Shown piece after piece: positions 30,701 to 38,540 of a stretch of DNA of 64,000 bases (its first letter is position 1; each line of letters starts with the position of its first letter). The notes under the pieces were generated by a model, which searched no databases, had not been told where the DNA came from, and worked only from the letters and a program-made list of their open reading frames with translations. Made by a program: the position numbers and the translations under genes. This DNA is from Candidatus Latescibacterota bacterium (lineage in GTDB: Bacteria > Latescibacterota > UBA2968 > UBA8231): the NCBI GenBank assembly GCA_965248265.1, contig CBDFJF010000002.1, forward strand, positions 2,528,001-2,592,000, read 5' to 3'.

Positions 30701-31077
30701 ATCAGCTGTAGCGCGATGGAAAGGCATTCGGGTACCGGCAGGCCGCCCATGCTGGCCTGCAGCAGGCTGCGCAACGACTGGCCCTCGATCAGTTCCATCG
30801 CCAGATAGAGATAGCCGTCAGCCCTCCCGCTGCGATACACCCGGACTATGTTGTCATGGTCAAGCTTGGCGGCCAGGCGCGCTTCGCGCACGAACCGCTC
30901 GTCGGCTCGCCCGTCGCCATCGAGGGATATCACTTTCAGTGCCACATCGCGTTCCAGCACTTCGTCCCAAGCTCGGTACACCGTCCCCATCCCGCCCCGT
31001 CCGACAACGTGCGTGATGCGGTAATCGTCGAAGGTATAGCCTATCAAGTGATCAAGCGGCGGCATGGATGACTTCAT
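27742..31077 (-). CDS. Hanks-type Ser/Thr kinase fused to a STAND/AAA ATPase and TPR repeats
   Basis: GRGGMGTVY, VALK, HRDIKPDN, DFG, YMAPE; Walker A GEAGIGKS, Walker B CLEDVHWAD, AQGNPL; C-terminal TPRs. Confidence 0.93.
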   Translation of the reverse strand: MKSSMPPLDHLIGYTFDDYRITHVVGRGGMGTVYRAWDEVLERDVALKVISLDGDGRADERFVREARLAAKLDHDNIVRVYRSGRADGYLYLAMELIEGQSLRSLLQASMGGLPVPECLSIALQLMDAARVAHESSIIHRDIKPDNVLLKDEGVVKVLDFGVARLQDGAFLTRADEILGTVEYMAPEQILGEDIGPAVDLYAVGVVLYEMLTGTQPVSGDSPATLVYHQLNEEPLAPSFHNPAIPTALDRLVLRLLEKLPEHRFAAAGDAIAALLDIQRRLELGEISGLEPRPYDGEQEDYGLRNRDFQPRFTGRRSELDALRADFDALSDGGRMVFLAGEAGIGKSRLVGQLASYATEHGGRFVQGACFYEHGLGPFMPFLDAVSNLFGERDDASESERSALEKILREKAPELVDLATSSSTTAKVRASFAAAFGSDSDADAGRQRLFDTVFELFAAASELKPLVLCLEDVHWADEGSLQLLHYLVRRISECQVLCVVTYRPEELTAEVSEGPLSSLIKQLDAEGVLVERHLRRLSWQDTNRLVGSLFYESDYSSDFVDFLFEHAQGNPLVAVEILKLLRDQELLRYDGGAWTVRAELGEIAVPDRVRALVRRRVDLLEGREFEVIQLAAVVGHRFTSSIVEEAGGLSRMDALKSLFRLEKKGQLIVSVKDGFEFSHSMIREVLYEDIPWELKREYHRVVGSYLEERSSQGTDIAAAELGTHLHGAGDFARAIPYLTTAGDEAFELFSWRKASAYFAQVIEACESIADGTTDALIHALKRSALANVYLAAHDRAREHCERMRAEAHRAGRPLDEAEALKLTGKVDEHQRRFPQAVQGYEKAIRCLEGLDAPLARARILINWGVADFECGRYNEAESRWRETVELAAADGPREMSEALNNLAVVATMRGDLEAAWDQYERVLALDEQLEPSPQTALTYYNMGMLRADQRRWDDALELYERSLSLCRSARFAFHEPTIELNRTEALLGKGNLVEARMACGTALRGLRRLEDSLGVADALRLYGRLCRLERNWADGRTYLAKSIDMNRQFGESVSLAEALFELGLLERDSGHSDAALEPLRKAEQIFEGAEATLDLDHVRTVIAELEPVAKSA

Positions 31078-33479
31078 GCGTTTGTGGAGGAGGGTAGGTC
31101 GAGCAGCATCTGCTCGGTTTTTCTCGCCTGTTCGACAGATCCCACATCCCGGAAAAGAGTAGAGGACTCCCTCAGATGTGATCGGGCCGCCTCGAGATCG
31201 CCTTGTTCATGTCTCAAGAGGCCGATCTCGCGTGTGCACTCGGCCAGAGTCAGCCTGTCACCTTGGACCTGCAACCCAAAGCGGGCTTGTCCGAGCAGCT
31301 CAACGGCGCGGGGATACTGCTGCTGGTTGCGATAAATCATGCCTTCCACCAGGTCGCATTGCGTCATGCCTTTGGCGTAGCCCATGGTTTCCATCGAGTT
31401 CCGCGCAGCGCGACAGGCGGCGTCAGCGGCGCTGTAATCGCCCAGATTCAGGTGCGTTCGAGCCTCGTGTACCTGGCCGAGGGCTACCAGGTCCGTGGCT
31501 CCAAGTTGGCGGGCCAAGCCCACGCTTTCTGTGTAGCAGCGCAACGCCTCCTTCCACCGTCCCTGGTCTTGCTGGCTTGCTCCGAGTCCGGCGTAGGATT
31601 CGCAGATCCCGTAGCCGTCCCCCGACCTGCGCCGCGACCGCAGGGCTCGCATGTGATAGAGGGTGGCTTCGAGATGCTTGCCTTCCAGTCCAGAAAGGAC
31701 GCCAAACTGCTGGCGGATCAAGGCACGCAGACGCCCATCGTCACCGGAGCCGGCCAACTGGCGGGCCTGCGCGAAATACCGGCGCGCCTCTTCGCGACGC
31801 GAAAGTGATAGCGTAGACAACCCGAACCGCACGTACAGCTCGGCCATGACGGATGGTTCGCCCAGCGGTTCGAGTGTGTCCAGGGCCTCGCGGTTCAGCT
31901 GTAGAGCTTCTTCCGGGTCCCCTTGGCGCAGTCTCAAGGAAGCCAGCTGCATCAGGGCCTTGCCGATCATGAGCGCATGTTGTTCCGGATGCGAGATGCG
32001 TAGGACCTCGCGGCAGCGTTGCGCCGACTGCGTCCATTCACCCATGTGCTCGTCGACCTGTGCCAGCACGAGCAGAATGCCCGGCTTTCTGATTCGAGTC
32101 TGCTCGGCTTCGAGAAACTCACAGGTTTCGAGGGCGGCTTCGTAGAGACGCCGGGTCGCGAGGTAGTCGCACGCGGCAAAGGCCCGCTGTCCCGACGTGA
32201 TCAGATAGGGCAGCGCGCGAATGGATCTGTCACTGCGGAAGAAGTGAAATGCCAGCGATTCGATCTCGCGTGGCACTCGCCTTTCCAGCAGCTCAGCGAT
32301 GCGGCGGTGAACACGTTTTCTCTCGGCCGGCGGCAGCAGCTCATACAGGGTCTCGGCCAGGATGCCGTGGGCAAACTGGAACTGCCGTTCGGTCGATTCG
32401 ATGACATGGAAACGGCGCTCGATGCGGCCGAGGGTGTGCAGAACCTCCACAGTTGGGCGCCGCAGCACTGAGGCCAACAGCAGGCTTTCGAAACGCTGAC
32501 CCTGTACGGCTGCACGACTCAGAAGGGACTGATATTCACTTGGCAGACCCTGCACTCGCTGGCGCACGAGCTCACGTACCGAGTGAGCCACCGGCAAATC
32601 CTCGACCCGCCGATTTCTCCAGATGCCCCGCTGGCGGTAGATGATGCCACGATCTCTCAGGAACTCCAGGCATTGCAGGACAAACAGAGGGGATCCCCCC
32701 GTCTTCGCGTGAAGCTGGCCGACGAGATCCTGGGTGAAGTCCGCAGGCGCGAAGCAGGAATCGGCCAGCGCTCTGGTCTCGCGCAGGGAGAGGGGTCCCA
32801 GGTTCAGCAGCTCGGTCTTGGACTCGGAGCACAGGTGTAGGACGAGTCTGTTCGGTCGCTGCCAGCGACCCTGCTCGTCCGCGTGTCCGCCAGTCTGATA
32901 CGCACCGACCACAAGAATCGGCATCTGATGGACCTGCTGTGCGAGCTGGCGCAGCAGCAGGAGTGCTGGCCAGTCCGCCAGATGCAAGTCGTCGATGAAG
33001 AGGACGAGGGGACGGTCTTCCGCCACCGCGAGCAACAGGGATCGGACTCGGACAACGAAGAGCGCGCGCCGCATTTCGGCATCGCCGTCGTCCTCCTCGG
33101 AGGTGACCTCTCCTTCACCGGAGAACAGGAACGGCCAAAGATGTGGTGCGAACTGCTCCACCGCGTCGCGCAGAGCTCGCTGTCCAGAGTCAGGAGCCTC
33201 GTGATCCAAGCCCTTCAGGATCTCGATGAGGCAGCCATAGGCGATCTCAGGGCCCGCTGGATCACCCCCGCCAGCGAGGTAGGGCATGCCGCACCTGTGA
33301 GCGATGCGACCCACTTCGGCAGCGAGTCGGCTCTTCCCTGATCCATCTTCGCCGGCGATCAGCACCATCGATCCGCGTCCCGCTGCGGCGGCGGCCATTT
33401 TCTGGCGCAGCAGCGCAAGATCAGCGTCTCGGCCTATGAGGTCAGACTCTATTCGACTCCCAGGACCACCACTCACCAT
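31074..33479 (-). CDS. STAND/AAA ATPase with TPR repeats, no effector domain
   Basis: LIGRDADL, GEDGSGKS, FIDDLHLAD, TGGSPLF, TPRs; ATG 33479 after GGAGG; ATGA overlap with the kinase gene. Confidence 0.88.
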   Translation of the reverse strand: MVSGGPGSRIESDLIGRDADLALLRQKMAAAAAGRGSMVLIAGEDGSGKSRLAAEVGRIAHRCGMPYLAGGGDPAGPEIAYGCLIEILKGLDHEAPDSGQRALRDAVEQFAPHLWPFLFSGEGEVTSEEDDGDAEMRRALFVVRVRSLLLAVAEDRPLVLFIDDLHLADWPALLLLRQLAQQVHQMPILVVGAYQTGGHADEQGRWQRPNRLVLHLCSESKTELLNLGPLSLRETRALADSCFAPADFTQDLVGQLHAKTGGSPLFVLQCLEFLRDRGIIYRQRGIWRNRRVEDLPVAHSVRELVRQRVQGLPSEYQSLLSRAAVQGQRFESLLLASVLRRPTVEVLHTLGRIERRFHVIESTERQFQFAHGILAETLYELLPPAERKRVHRRIAELLERRVPREIESLAFHFFRSDRSIRALPYLITSGQRAFAACDYLATRRLYEAALETCEFLEAEQTRIRKPGILLVLAQVDEHMGEWTQSAQRCREVLRISHPEQHALMIGKALMQLASLRLRQGDPEEALQLNREALDTLEPLGEPSVMAELYVRFGLSTLSLSRREEARRYFAQARQLAGSGDDGRLRALIRQQFGVLSGLEGKHLEATLYHMRALRSRRRSGDGYGICESYAGLGASQQDQGRWKEALRCYTESVGLARQLGATDLVALGQVHEARTHLNLGDYSAADAACRAARNSMETMGYAKGMTQCDLVEGMIYRNQQQYPRAVELLGQARFGLQVQGDRLTLAECTREIGLLRHEQGDLEAARSHLRESSTLFRDVGSVEQARKTEQMLLDLPSSTNA

Positions 33480-33526
33480 AGCTTTCCTCCAGGCCACTCA
33501 AGCCCATGCCGTCACACAGCCAAGAT

Positions 33527-34258
33527 TTACAATGCATATGAGGAGTTGCGAAGCCCGTATCGGGAAAAGTGCGGGACCTCGATTACAATGGTCACGGACT
33601 CGAATGACGCCGACCCGTCGTCATCGTCATCATCGTCGTCGCCATCGTCATCATCACCATCGTCATCACCGTCATCGCCATCGTCATCGTCATCACCGTG
33701 GGTTTCGATGGAAATGATGTTGGTTTCCCCGATTTGGCCGTCATCCGAGACAACCAGAGCCCGGAGCGTGGACGGATCCATGTCCACCAATTCGGCGTCG
33801 AGCTCGATCTCCAAATAGGGGCTGGGGGCCTCTTCGACAAACCAATAGGGCGACGGTCCCAGCTCGACGACGAGCAGGCTGAGGGGCGCTGGTCGCACCG
33901 CCATCCTGATGCGCACAGCCTCGGTGACTGCGCCCTCCGGGATCACCAGTTTCAGGCTGAGATCATCATCCTCGATCTTGAGCCGTGTTTTCTCATCAGG
34001 CTCGGCGACCTTCGATGTCGAGAGCCAGTCGCCGTCATCATCATCGTCATCATCCATGGCCTTGGCGGCGACGGGCGACTGCGGCGAGAACACGAGGTAT
34101 ACCTTGCCGTCAGGCGATGATGGTCCAACGGCATCGGTATCGGAGGATGTGGGCGGGTGCTCGACCCCGCAGCCCAAGGCGGCGATGGCGAGAGACAGCC
34201 CGACCACAATGAACGGTGCAGTCAGTAGAGTTCGGATGCGCTGTGCGAACGGAACCAT
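33527..34258 (-). CDS. Acidic lipoprotein with a ZU5-like domain, poly-Asp inserts and a C-terminal HFS motif
   Basis: Lipobox ALGC; LVIPEGAVTEAVRI..VVELGPS..F (ZU5-like); IEVPHFSRYGL; ATG 34258 after AAGGAG. Confidence 0.7.
   Translation of the reverse strand: MVPFAQRIRTLLTAPFIVVGLSLAIAALGCGVEHPPTSSDTDAVGPSSPDGKVYLVFSPQSPVAAKAMDDDDDDDGDWLSTSKVAEPDEKTRLKIEDDDLSLKLVIPEGAVTEAVRIRMAVRPAPLSLLVVELGPSPYWFVEEAPSPYLEIELDAELVDMDPSTLRALVVSDDGQIGETNIISIETHGDDDDDGDDGDDDGDDDDGDDDDDDDDGSASFESVTIVIEVPHFSRYGLRNSSYAL
33617..33698 (-). repeat. (GAY)n low-complexity tract encoding DDDDDGDDGDDDGDDDDGDDDDDDDDG
   Basis: Direct reading; a second shorter tract at about 34030-34055. Confidence 0.9.
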
Positions 34259-34322
34259 AGGGGGAAAGCTCCTTTTCAAAAGGGGAAGCTCCTTTTCGAG
34301 CGAGACTGTCCAAGCATCACAT

Positions 34323-34338
34323 GGCAAGAACCATACCA
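34323..34338 (-). promoter_or_regulatory. Sigma54 -24/-12 promoter
   Basis: Minus strand TGGTAT-GGTTC-TTGCC with exact GG-N10-GC spacing, about 65 nt upstream of ATG 34258. Confidence 0.75.
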
Positions 34339-34388
34339 ATGCTGAACTTGCTCATCGTCTACGATTCAGCTTGGAAAAAACATAGACA

Positions 34389-34401
34389 AATCAACGGGTT
34401 A
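34389..34401 (+). promoter_or_regulatory. IHF consensus site
   Basis: AATCAACGGGTTA matches WATCAANNNNTTR; in an AT-rich patch between the -24 element and the palindromes. Confidence 0.7.
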
Positions 34402-34447
34402 TGACCATTATTTAAAGGAGGAGGAACACCGGTTAGCGGATCTGTAT

Positions 34448-34484
34448 ACTGGGGAATAATCCCCAGTGGGCACTATTCCCCAGT
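34448..34484. promoter_or_regulatory. Tandem palindromes, candidate enhancer (UAS) for the sigma54 activator; may also act as a terminator hairpin
   Basis: ACTGGGGA-ATAA-TCCCCAGT (34448-34467) and the related AGTGGGCACTATTCCCCAGT (34465-34484), 110-146 bp upstream of the -24 element. Confidence 0.65.
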
Positions 34485-34486
34485 TT

Positions 34487-34864
34487 TCACGCCGTGAACT
34501 TCATTAGAATGTGCCCCATTTTGAGCAGATCATCGTCTTGCAGCCGGGTGATCGCCGAGATTCGCTCTCCATTCACGAAGGTGCCGTTCGTGCTGTTGAG
34601 GTCTTCCACCCAGAAACACCCGTCGTCGTAAGTGATCCTGGCATGGCGGGAGGACACCTCCTCGTCGTCGACGACGAGGTCATTGGCTCCGTCACGGCCG
34701 ATGGTTCGGGCGCTGTCCCCGACTAGGTACTCGCGGTTACCCTCGTCTCCCAGCAAAATGAGCCGCCCGACGATGAACGGGTCCTCCGCAAGCTTGTTGC
34801 CGCAGAACGTGCAGAAGGCGTTGTCGTTCTTGTTCTGATTGCCACAATTCGTGCACAGAATCAT
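34487..34864 (-). CDS. Zinc ribbon + FHA domain protein
   Basis: CTNC..FCTFCG; FHA motifs IGR, VSSRHA, DLNSTNGTFVNG. Confidence 0.92.
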   Translation of the reverse strand: MILCTNCGNQNKNDNAFCTFCGNKLAEDPFIVGRLILLGDEGNREYLVGDSARTIGRDGANDLVVDDEEVSSRHARITYDDGCFWVEDLNSTNGTFVNGERISAITRLQDDDLLKMGHILMKFTA

Positions 34865-35145
34865 GATCCGAGTCGCGCTTTCGCCTCCTCGATGCGCTCC
34901 AGTAGAGCGTCGTTTCCAGGATCTCTCTCCAATGCTTTCTGCCAGGTCTCCAACGCCTCGCTGTACTGCTCCTGTTTGAAGTAGACGAGGCCGAGGTTGT
35001 AATAGATATCCACTAGATCCAGGGATTTCTGTGTGCGGGCGCCACTATCCATGTATCCGACCTCGTCGGACAAGCGCTCACCGCACTGCCCGCAGTAGTG
35101 GTCCCCATCCGCGTGGGGTGCTCGACAATTGGCACACTCTGGCAT
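34861..35145 (-). CDS. Zinc ribbon + single TPR protein
   Basis: CANC..YCGQCG; YYNLGLVYFKQEQYSEALETWQKALERDP. Confidence 0.88.
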   Translation of the reverse strand: MPECANCRAPHADGDHYCGQCGERLSDEVGYMDSGARTQKSLDLVDIYYNLGLVYFKQEQYSEALETWQKALERDPGNDALLERIEEAKARLGS

Positions 35146-35702
35146 CAGGCCGCCGCCAGGTCAAAACCGCAGCTGCCGCAGAAACGATCGCCCGGGTCGT
35201 ACGGCTCAGCGCATTCGCTGCAGGTCAGCTCGCGTTGCAAAGCGCCCCCGCACTGACGGCAGAAGTGGTCGTCGGACTGAGACGGTGTGCCGCACTGAGG
35301 GCAATAGCGAAATCGGCTGACCTCTTCACCCTCCAGCACGCGACGCAGCTCATCCATCAGACGCTTGACCTCGAAAGGTTTGGCGATTATGCCGCATATC
35401 CCGAGCTCGATCAGCGGGCCGATGCGATCTTCGTGCAGGTAACCGGACACGATGATCGTGGGCGGGATCGGCAAGTTCCTGCGTTTCAGGTGGGCCAGCA
35501 GGTGGTCCCCGTGCGGCCCCGGCATGTGCAGGTCCAGGAGCATGGCGTCAATCTGCTCCTCGACGATGGCGGAGGCAGCACGCGTCGCGCGCTCTACCGA
35601 CAGACTCCGGTAACCCATGCGTTCGACGATCCTCTGGATGGTATCCCGCACCGTCTTGTCATTGTCCACGATGAGGACGGTTTTCTCGCGCGTTCCATTC
35701 AT
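35145..35702 (-). CDS. Response regulator receiver + double zinc ribbon
   Basis: LIVDND, LLDLHMP, KPF; CPQC..FCRQC..CSEC..FCGSC. Confidence 0.9.
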   Translation of the reverse strand: MNGTREKTVLIVDNDKTVRDTIQRIVERMGYRSLSVERATRAASAIVEEQIDAMLLDLHMPGPHGDHLLAHLKRRNLPIPPTIIVSGYLHEDRIGPLIELGICGIIAKPFEVKRLMDELRRVLEGEEVSRFRYCPQCGTPSQSDDHFCRQCGGALQRELTCSECAEPYDPGDRFCGSCGFDLAAA

Positions 35703-36736
35703 GGTGCTGAAGATGGATTCTCGTGCTCTCTCGATAGCTCGTGGTCGAGGGGCAAGAGCAGTCGGAAGCTCGTGCCGGCGCCCGCCTTCGTCGCCACCAG
35801 GATGTCTCCTTCGTGGTCCTCCGCTATCTTGCGACAGATCGCCAGTCCCAGACCGGTACCCCGGTCCTCATCTTTCGTACTGAAAAAGGCATCGAAAATC
35901 GAATCGAGTGCCGTCGAGTCGATGCCGGGACCATCATCGCTCACCGCCATGAACAAGCAATCGCCTTCTGGAGTCTCGTCGCCGTCGACAGCGAGCCGAA
36001 CCTGTTGGCCAGAGGCGCGCTCCGACTGAATCAGAGCAGGAATGCTGGAGATGCCGGTCTCGACATGGATATGGACGGATCCTCTTCGGTCGACCGCGTC
36101 CATGGCGTTGGTCAGCAGATTTGTCAGGACCTGCTCCATCTGCGCGGGGTAAGCCCGGACCATAGGCAGGTCCGCGGCCAGCGTCGAGTCCACGGTCGCC
36201 CGTTTCATCAGCGGGCCCAGAAATTCGAGCGTTTCCGAGACGATCTGATTCAGGTCGACGGAGTGAAGCTCGCTGGCGCTGCGTCTGGAGAAGCGCAGGA
36301 CATTTCTCGTGAGCCGACCCAACCTCTGGCCGGCCTCGATGATCATCCGCACCTCCGCCTCATCGACCGGCTCGCCCGCCCTCATCAGGATCATCTCCGC
36401 CTGGCCGACGACGACCGAGAGCGGGCTGTTGATCTCGTGCACGATGGCAGCCGCCATCTGTCCCATGGCGCTCATGCGCTCGGACCGCAGCAGCATGCGT
36501 TGCGTGTCGTGCAGCTGCTCATGGGCTTCGCGCAGCTCACTCAGCTGGGCCTGGAGCTGGTCGTTTTTCCTGCGCAACTCATCGTAGGCGAGGTGCGTCT
36601 CGTGGCCGGCGAACTGCAGCACTTTCTCCATCTGCTGATAAGCCATGGCCAGCTCCTGGAGCAGGTGTGCATTGTCTCCTCGAAGGGCCAGCAGTTCGTC
36701 GCTGCCGTTATGGTCTTGCACGGTTTGCCGTCTCAA
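35699..36736 (-). CDS. Cytoplasmic histidine kinase with a coiled-coil N-terminus and no sensor domain
   Basis: VHEINSPL, NLLTNAMDA, DDGPG, FFSTK, GTGLGL; no TM; TTG start overlaps the upstream stop. Confidence 0.9.
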   Translation of the reverse strand: MRRQTVQDHNGSDELLALRGDNAHLLQELAMAYQQMEKVLQFAGHETHLAYDELRRKNDQLQAQLSELREAHEQLHDTQRMLLRSERMSAMGQMAAAIVHEINSPLSVVVGQAEMILMRAGEPVDEAEVRMIIEAGQRLGRLTRNVLRFSRRSASELHSVDLNQIVSETLEFLGPLMKRATVDSTLAADLPMVRAYPAQMEQVLTNLLTNAMDAVDRRGSVHIHVETGISSIPALIQSERASGQQVRLAVDGDETPEGDCLFMAVSDDGPGIDSTALDSIFDAFFSTKDEDRGTGLGLAICRKIAEDHEGDILVATKAGAGTSFRLLLPLDHELSREHENPSSAP

Positions 36737-38097
36737 TCCCCGGAATTCAGGTCGTATTTGGCCATGCGATAGCGGATCTTGTCGCGGCTGACGTGCAGCA
36801 GGTTCGCCGCCCGGCTGACGTTGCCGTCGGTGTGCTCGAGCGCGGCATCGACAACCTGACGCTCGATCTCTTCCAGCGGAATTCCTTCAGGAGGGAAGGC
36901 AATCGACACACGCCCATCTTCCCCAAACTTCAGCTCCTCACCCGCGGCAGTGCGCTTCGATCGGCGATCGATGATCAGGTCATCGGCTTGAATGATATTT
37001 CTGTCGGCCATGACCACGGCCCGTTCGATGACGTTACGCAACTCACGCACATTGCCTGGCAGGGAATAGGACATCAGAAGCTGCCGCGCATCTTCCGCCA
37101 GGCGTCGGGGAGGTGTCCCGTGCAGGGAAGAGTAGAGGTCGAGGAAATGCTCCGCGATCATCAACACATCTTCTCCCCGCAGGCGCAACGGCGGCAGTAT
37201 GAGCGGCACAACGTTGAGCCTGTAATACAGATCCTCGCGAAAGTGCCCCTCCTTCACGCGCGCTTCGAGGTCCTCATTGGTCGCGGCGAGGAAGCGCACG
37301 GAGATCTCGATCTCCTCCGTTCCGCCAACGCGGCGGATTCGCTGCGTTTCCAGCACGTGCAGGAGTTTGGCCTGCAGGTGCGAGGGCAGGAGCCCGATTT
37401 CGTCGAAAAAGAGGGTGCCGTCGTGAGCTGTTTCGACCAGTCCCTGCTTCATCGTCTTGGCATCCGTGAACGCGCCCCGTTCATGGCCGAACAGCTCCGA
37501 CTCGAGCAGGTTGCCAGGGATATTGGTGCAGTCGACGGTGACGAACGGGTTGTCGCCAAACGGGCTCAGCATGTGAATGGCGCGGGCGATGACCTCTTTG
37601 CCGGTGCCGCTTTCCCCCCGGATCAGCACCGTCGCCGTCGTCGCCGCCACCTTGTGCACCATCCGGTAGACCTCCTGCATGACCGGACTGTGGCCTATCA
37701 CGCCTTCCAGTTCCCGGAATCCCGCCGTCGAGCCGGGCTCGTCGAGGAGATGGTCGATCAGGACGCGGAGCTCGGGCAGTGGAGTGGGTTTGGTCAGGTA
37801 GTTCTCCGCCCCGAGCTTCATGGCTTCGACGACTGTGTCGACATCACTGTAGGAGCTCATGATGACGACCCTGCAGCGCGGGGCTCTGCGTTTGAACAGG
37901 CGCAAGAGGTCGAGTCCGTCACCGTCCGGCAACTTGAGATCCATAATGACGACTTGCGGTTCGATGTCGTCGAACTGGATGATCGACTCTCGCGCCGAGC
38001 GCGCGCCGTGGGCTGGAAAACCACACTCGCTTATGAACTTGGTGAGGACGTCACACAGCTGCGGATCATCCTCCACCACCATCACTTTGCCGGGCAT
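36733..38097 (-). CDS. Sigma54-dependent NtrC-family response regulator (REC-AAA+-Fis HTH)
   Basis: GESGTGKE, ESELFGHERGAFTDA, FREDLYYRL, PGNVREL, GNVSRAANLL. Confidence 0.95.
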   Translation of the reverse strand: MPGKVMVVEDDPQLCDVLTKFISECGFPAHGARSARESIIQFDDIEPQVVIMDLKLPDGDGLDLLRLFKRRAPRCRVVIMSSYSDVDTVVEAMKLGAENYLTKPTPLPELRVLIDHLLDEPGSTAGFRELEGVIGHSPVMQEVYRMVHKVAATTATVLIRGESGTGKEVIARAIHMLSPFGDNPFVTVDCTNIPGNLLESELFGHERGAFTDAKTMKQGLVETAHDGTLFFDEIGLLPSHLQAKLLHVLETQRIRRVGGTEEIEISVRFLAATNEDLEARVKEGHFREDLYYRLNVVPLILPPLRLRGEDVLMIAEHFLDLYSSLHGTPPRRLAEDARQLLMSYSLPGNVRELRNVIERAVVMADRNIIQADDLIIDRRSKRTAAGEELKFGEDGRVSIAFPPEGIPLEEIERQVVDAALEHTDGNVSRAANLLHVSRDKIRYRMAKYDLNSGD

Positions 38098-38241
38098 TTT
38101 CCCTCGAAACACTCAGATGAGGTACCCTAACCCTCGTGCTGTTTGAACATAAGTTAACTGATCGCACATGGATCGGACAGAAAACAGTCGTGGTCGCCGC
38201 GAACTGACAAAAACCACGCAATTCTGTAACAGTAAAGCGGT

Positions 38242-38339
38242 ACGGATTAAGAACGATAGGGGGACCATTATACATAGTTAACATTGCTTGGGGCTTGGTG
38301 TCGAGTGGAGTTTGGAGCTTTTGTGAGGGGCCGGATGCG
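38242..38339 (+). repeat. Repeat B, copy 2 (with an extra internal segment of about 24 bp)
   Basis: Aligns with 21661..21733; begins with ACGGAT. Confidence 0.85.
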
Positions 38340-38460
38340 ATTGGTCTTGTGGTTGAGCACCCAGCTGGTTGTCAAATGACCGCACGGCCTCAACCATGGG
38401 TTACCGCCGCGATCTGGGCAACTCTATGGGAGACAAGGAACTCTCATTTCGACATGTTGC

Positions 38461-38476
38461 GGGCACGCCGTTTGCC
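38461..38476 (+). promoter_or_regulatory. Second candidate sigma54 promoter
   Basis: GGGCAC-GCCGT-TTGCC, GG-N10-GC, about 65 nt upstream of ATG 38541. Confidence 0.55.
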
Positions 38477-38540
38477 ATTGCATGACCATCGACAGAACAC
38501 GGTCGCTCGGAAACCGCGTTTCTTCAGAAAGGTGGCCATC

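Noticed and set aside
33304-33717. His/Arg-rich and poly-Ser ORFs over the trinucleotide tract
   Set aside because: Alternate frames of the poly-Asp coding tract.
38258-38286. Resemblance of repeat B (CATTATACATAGTTAAC) to a XerCD dif site or an IS200/IS605 end
   Set aside because: It does not fit the 11-6-11 dif layout, and there is no convincing subterminal hairpin or transposase.
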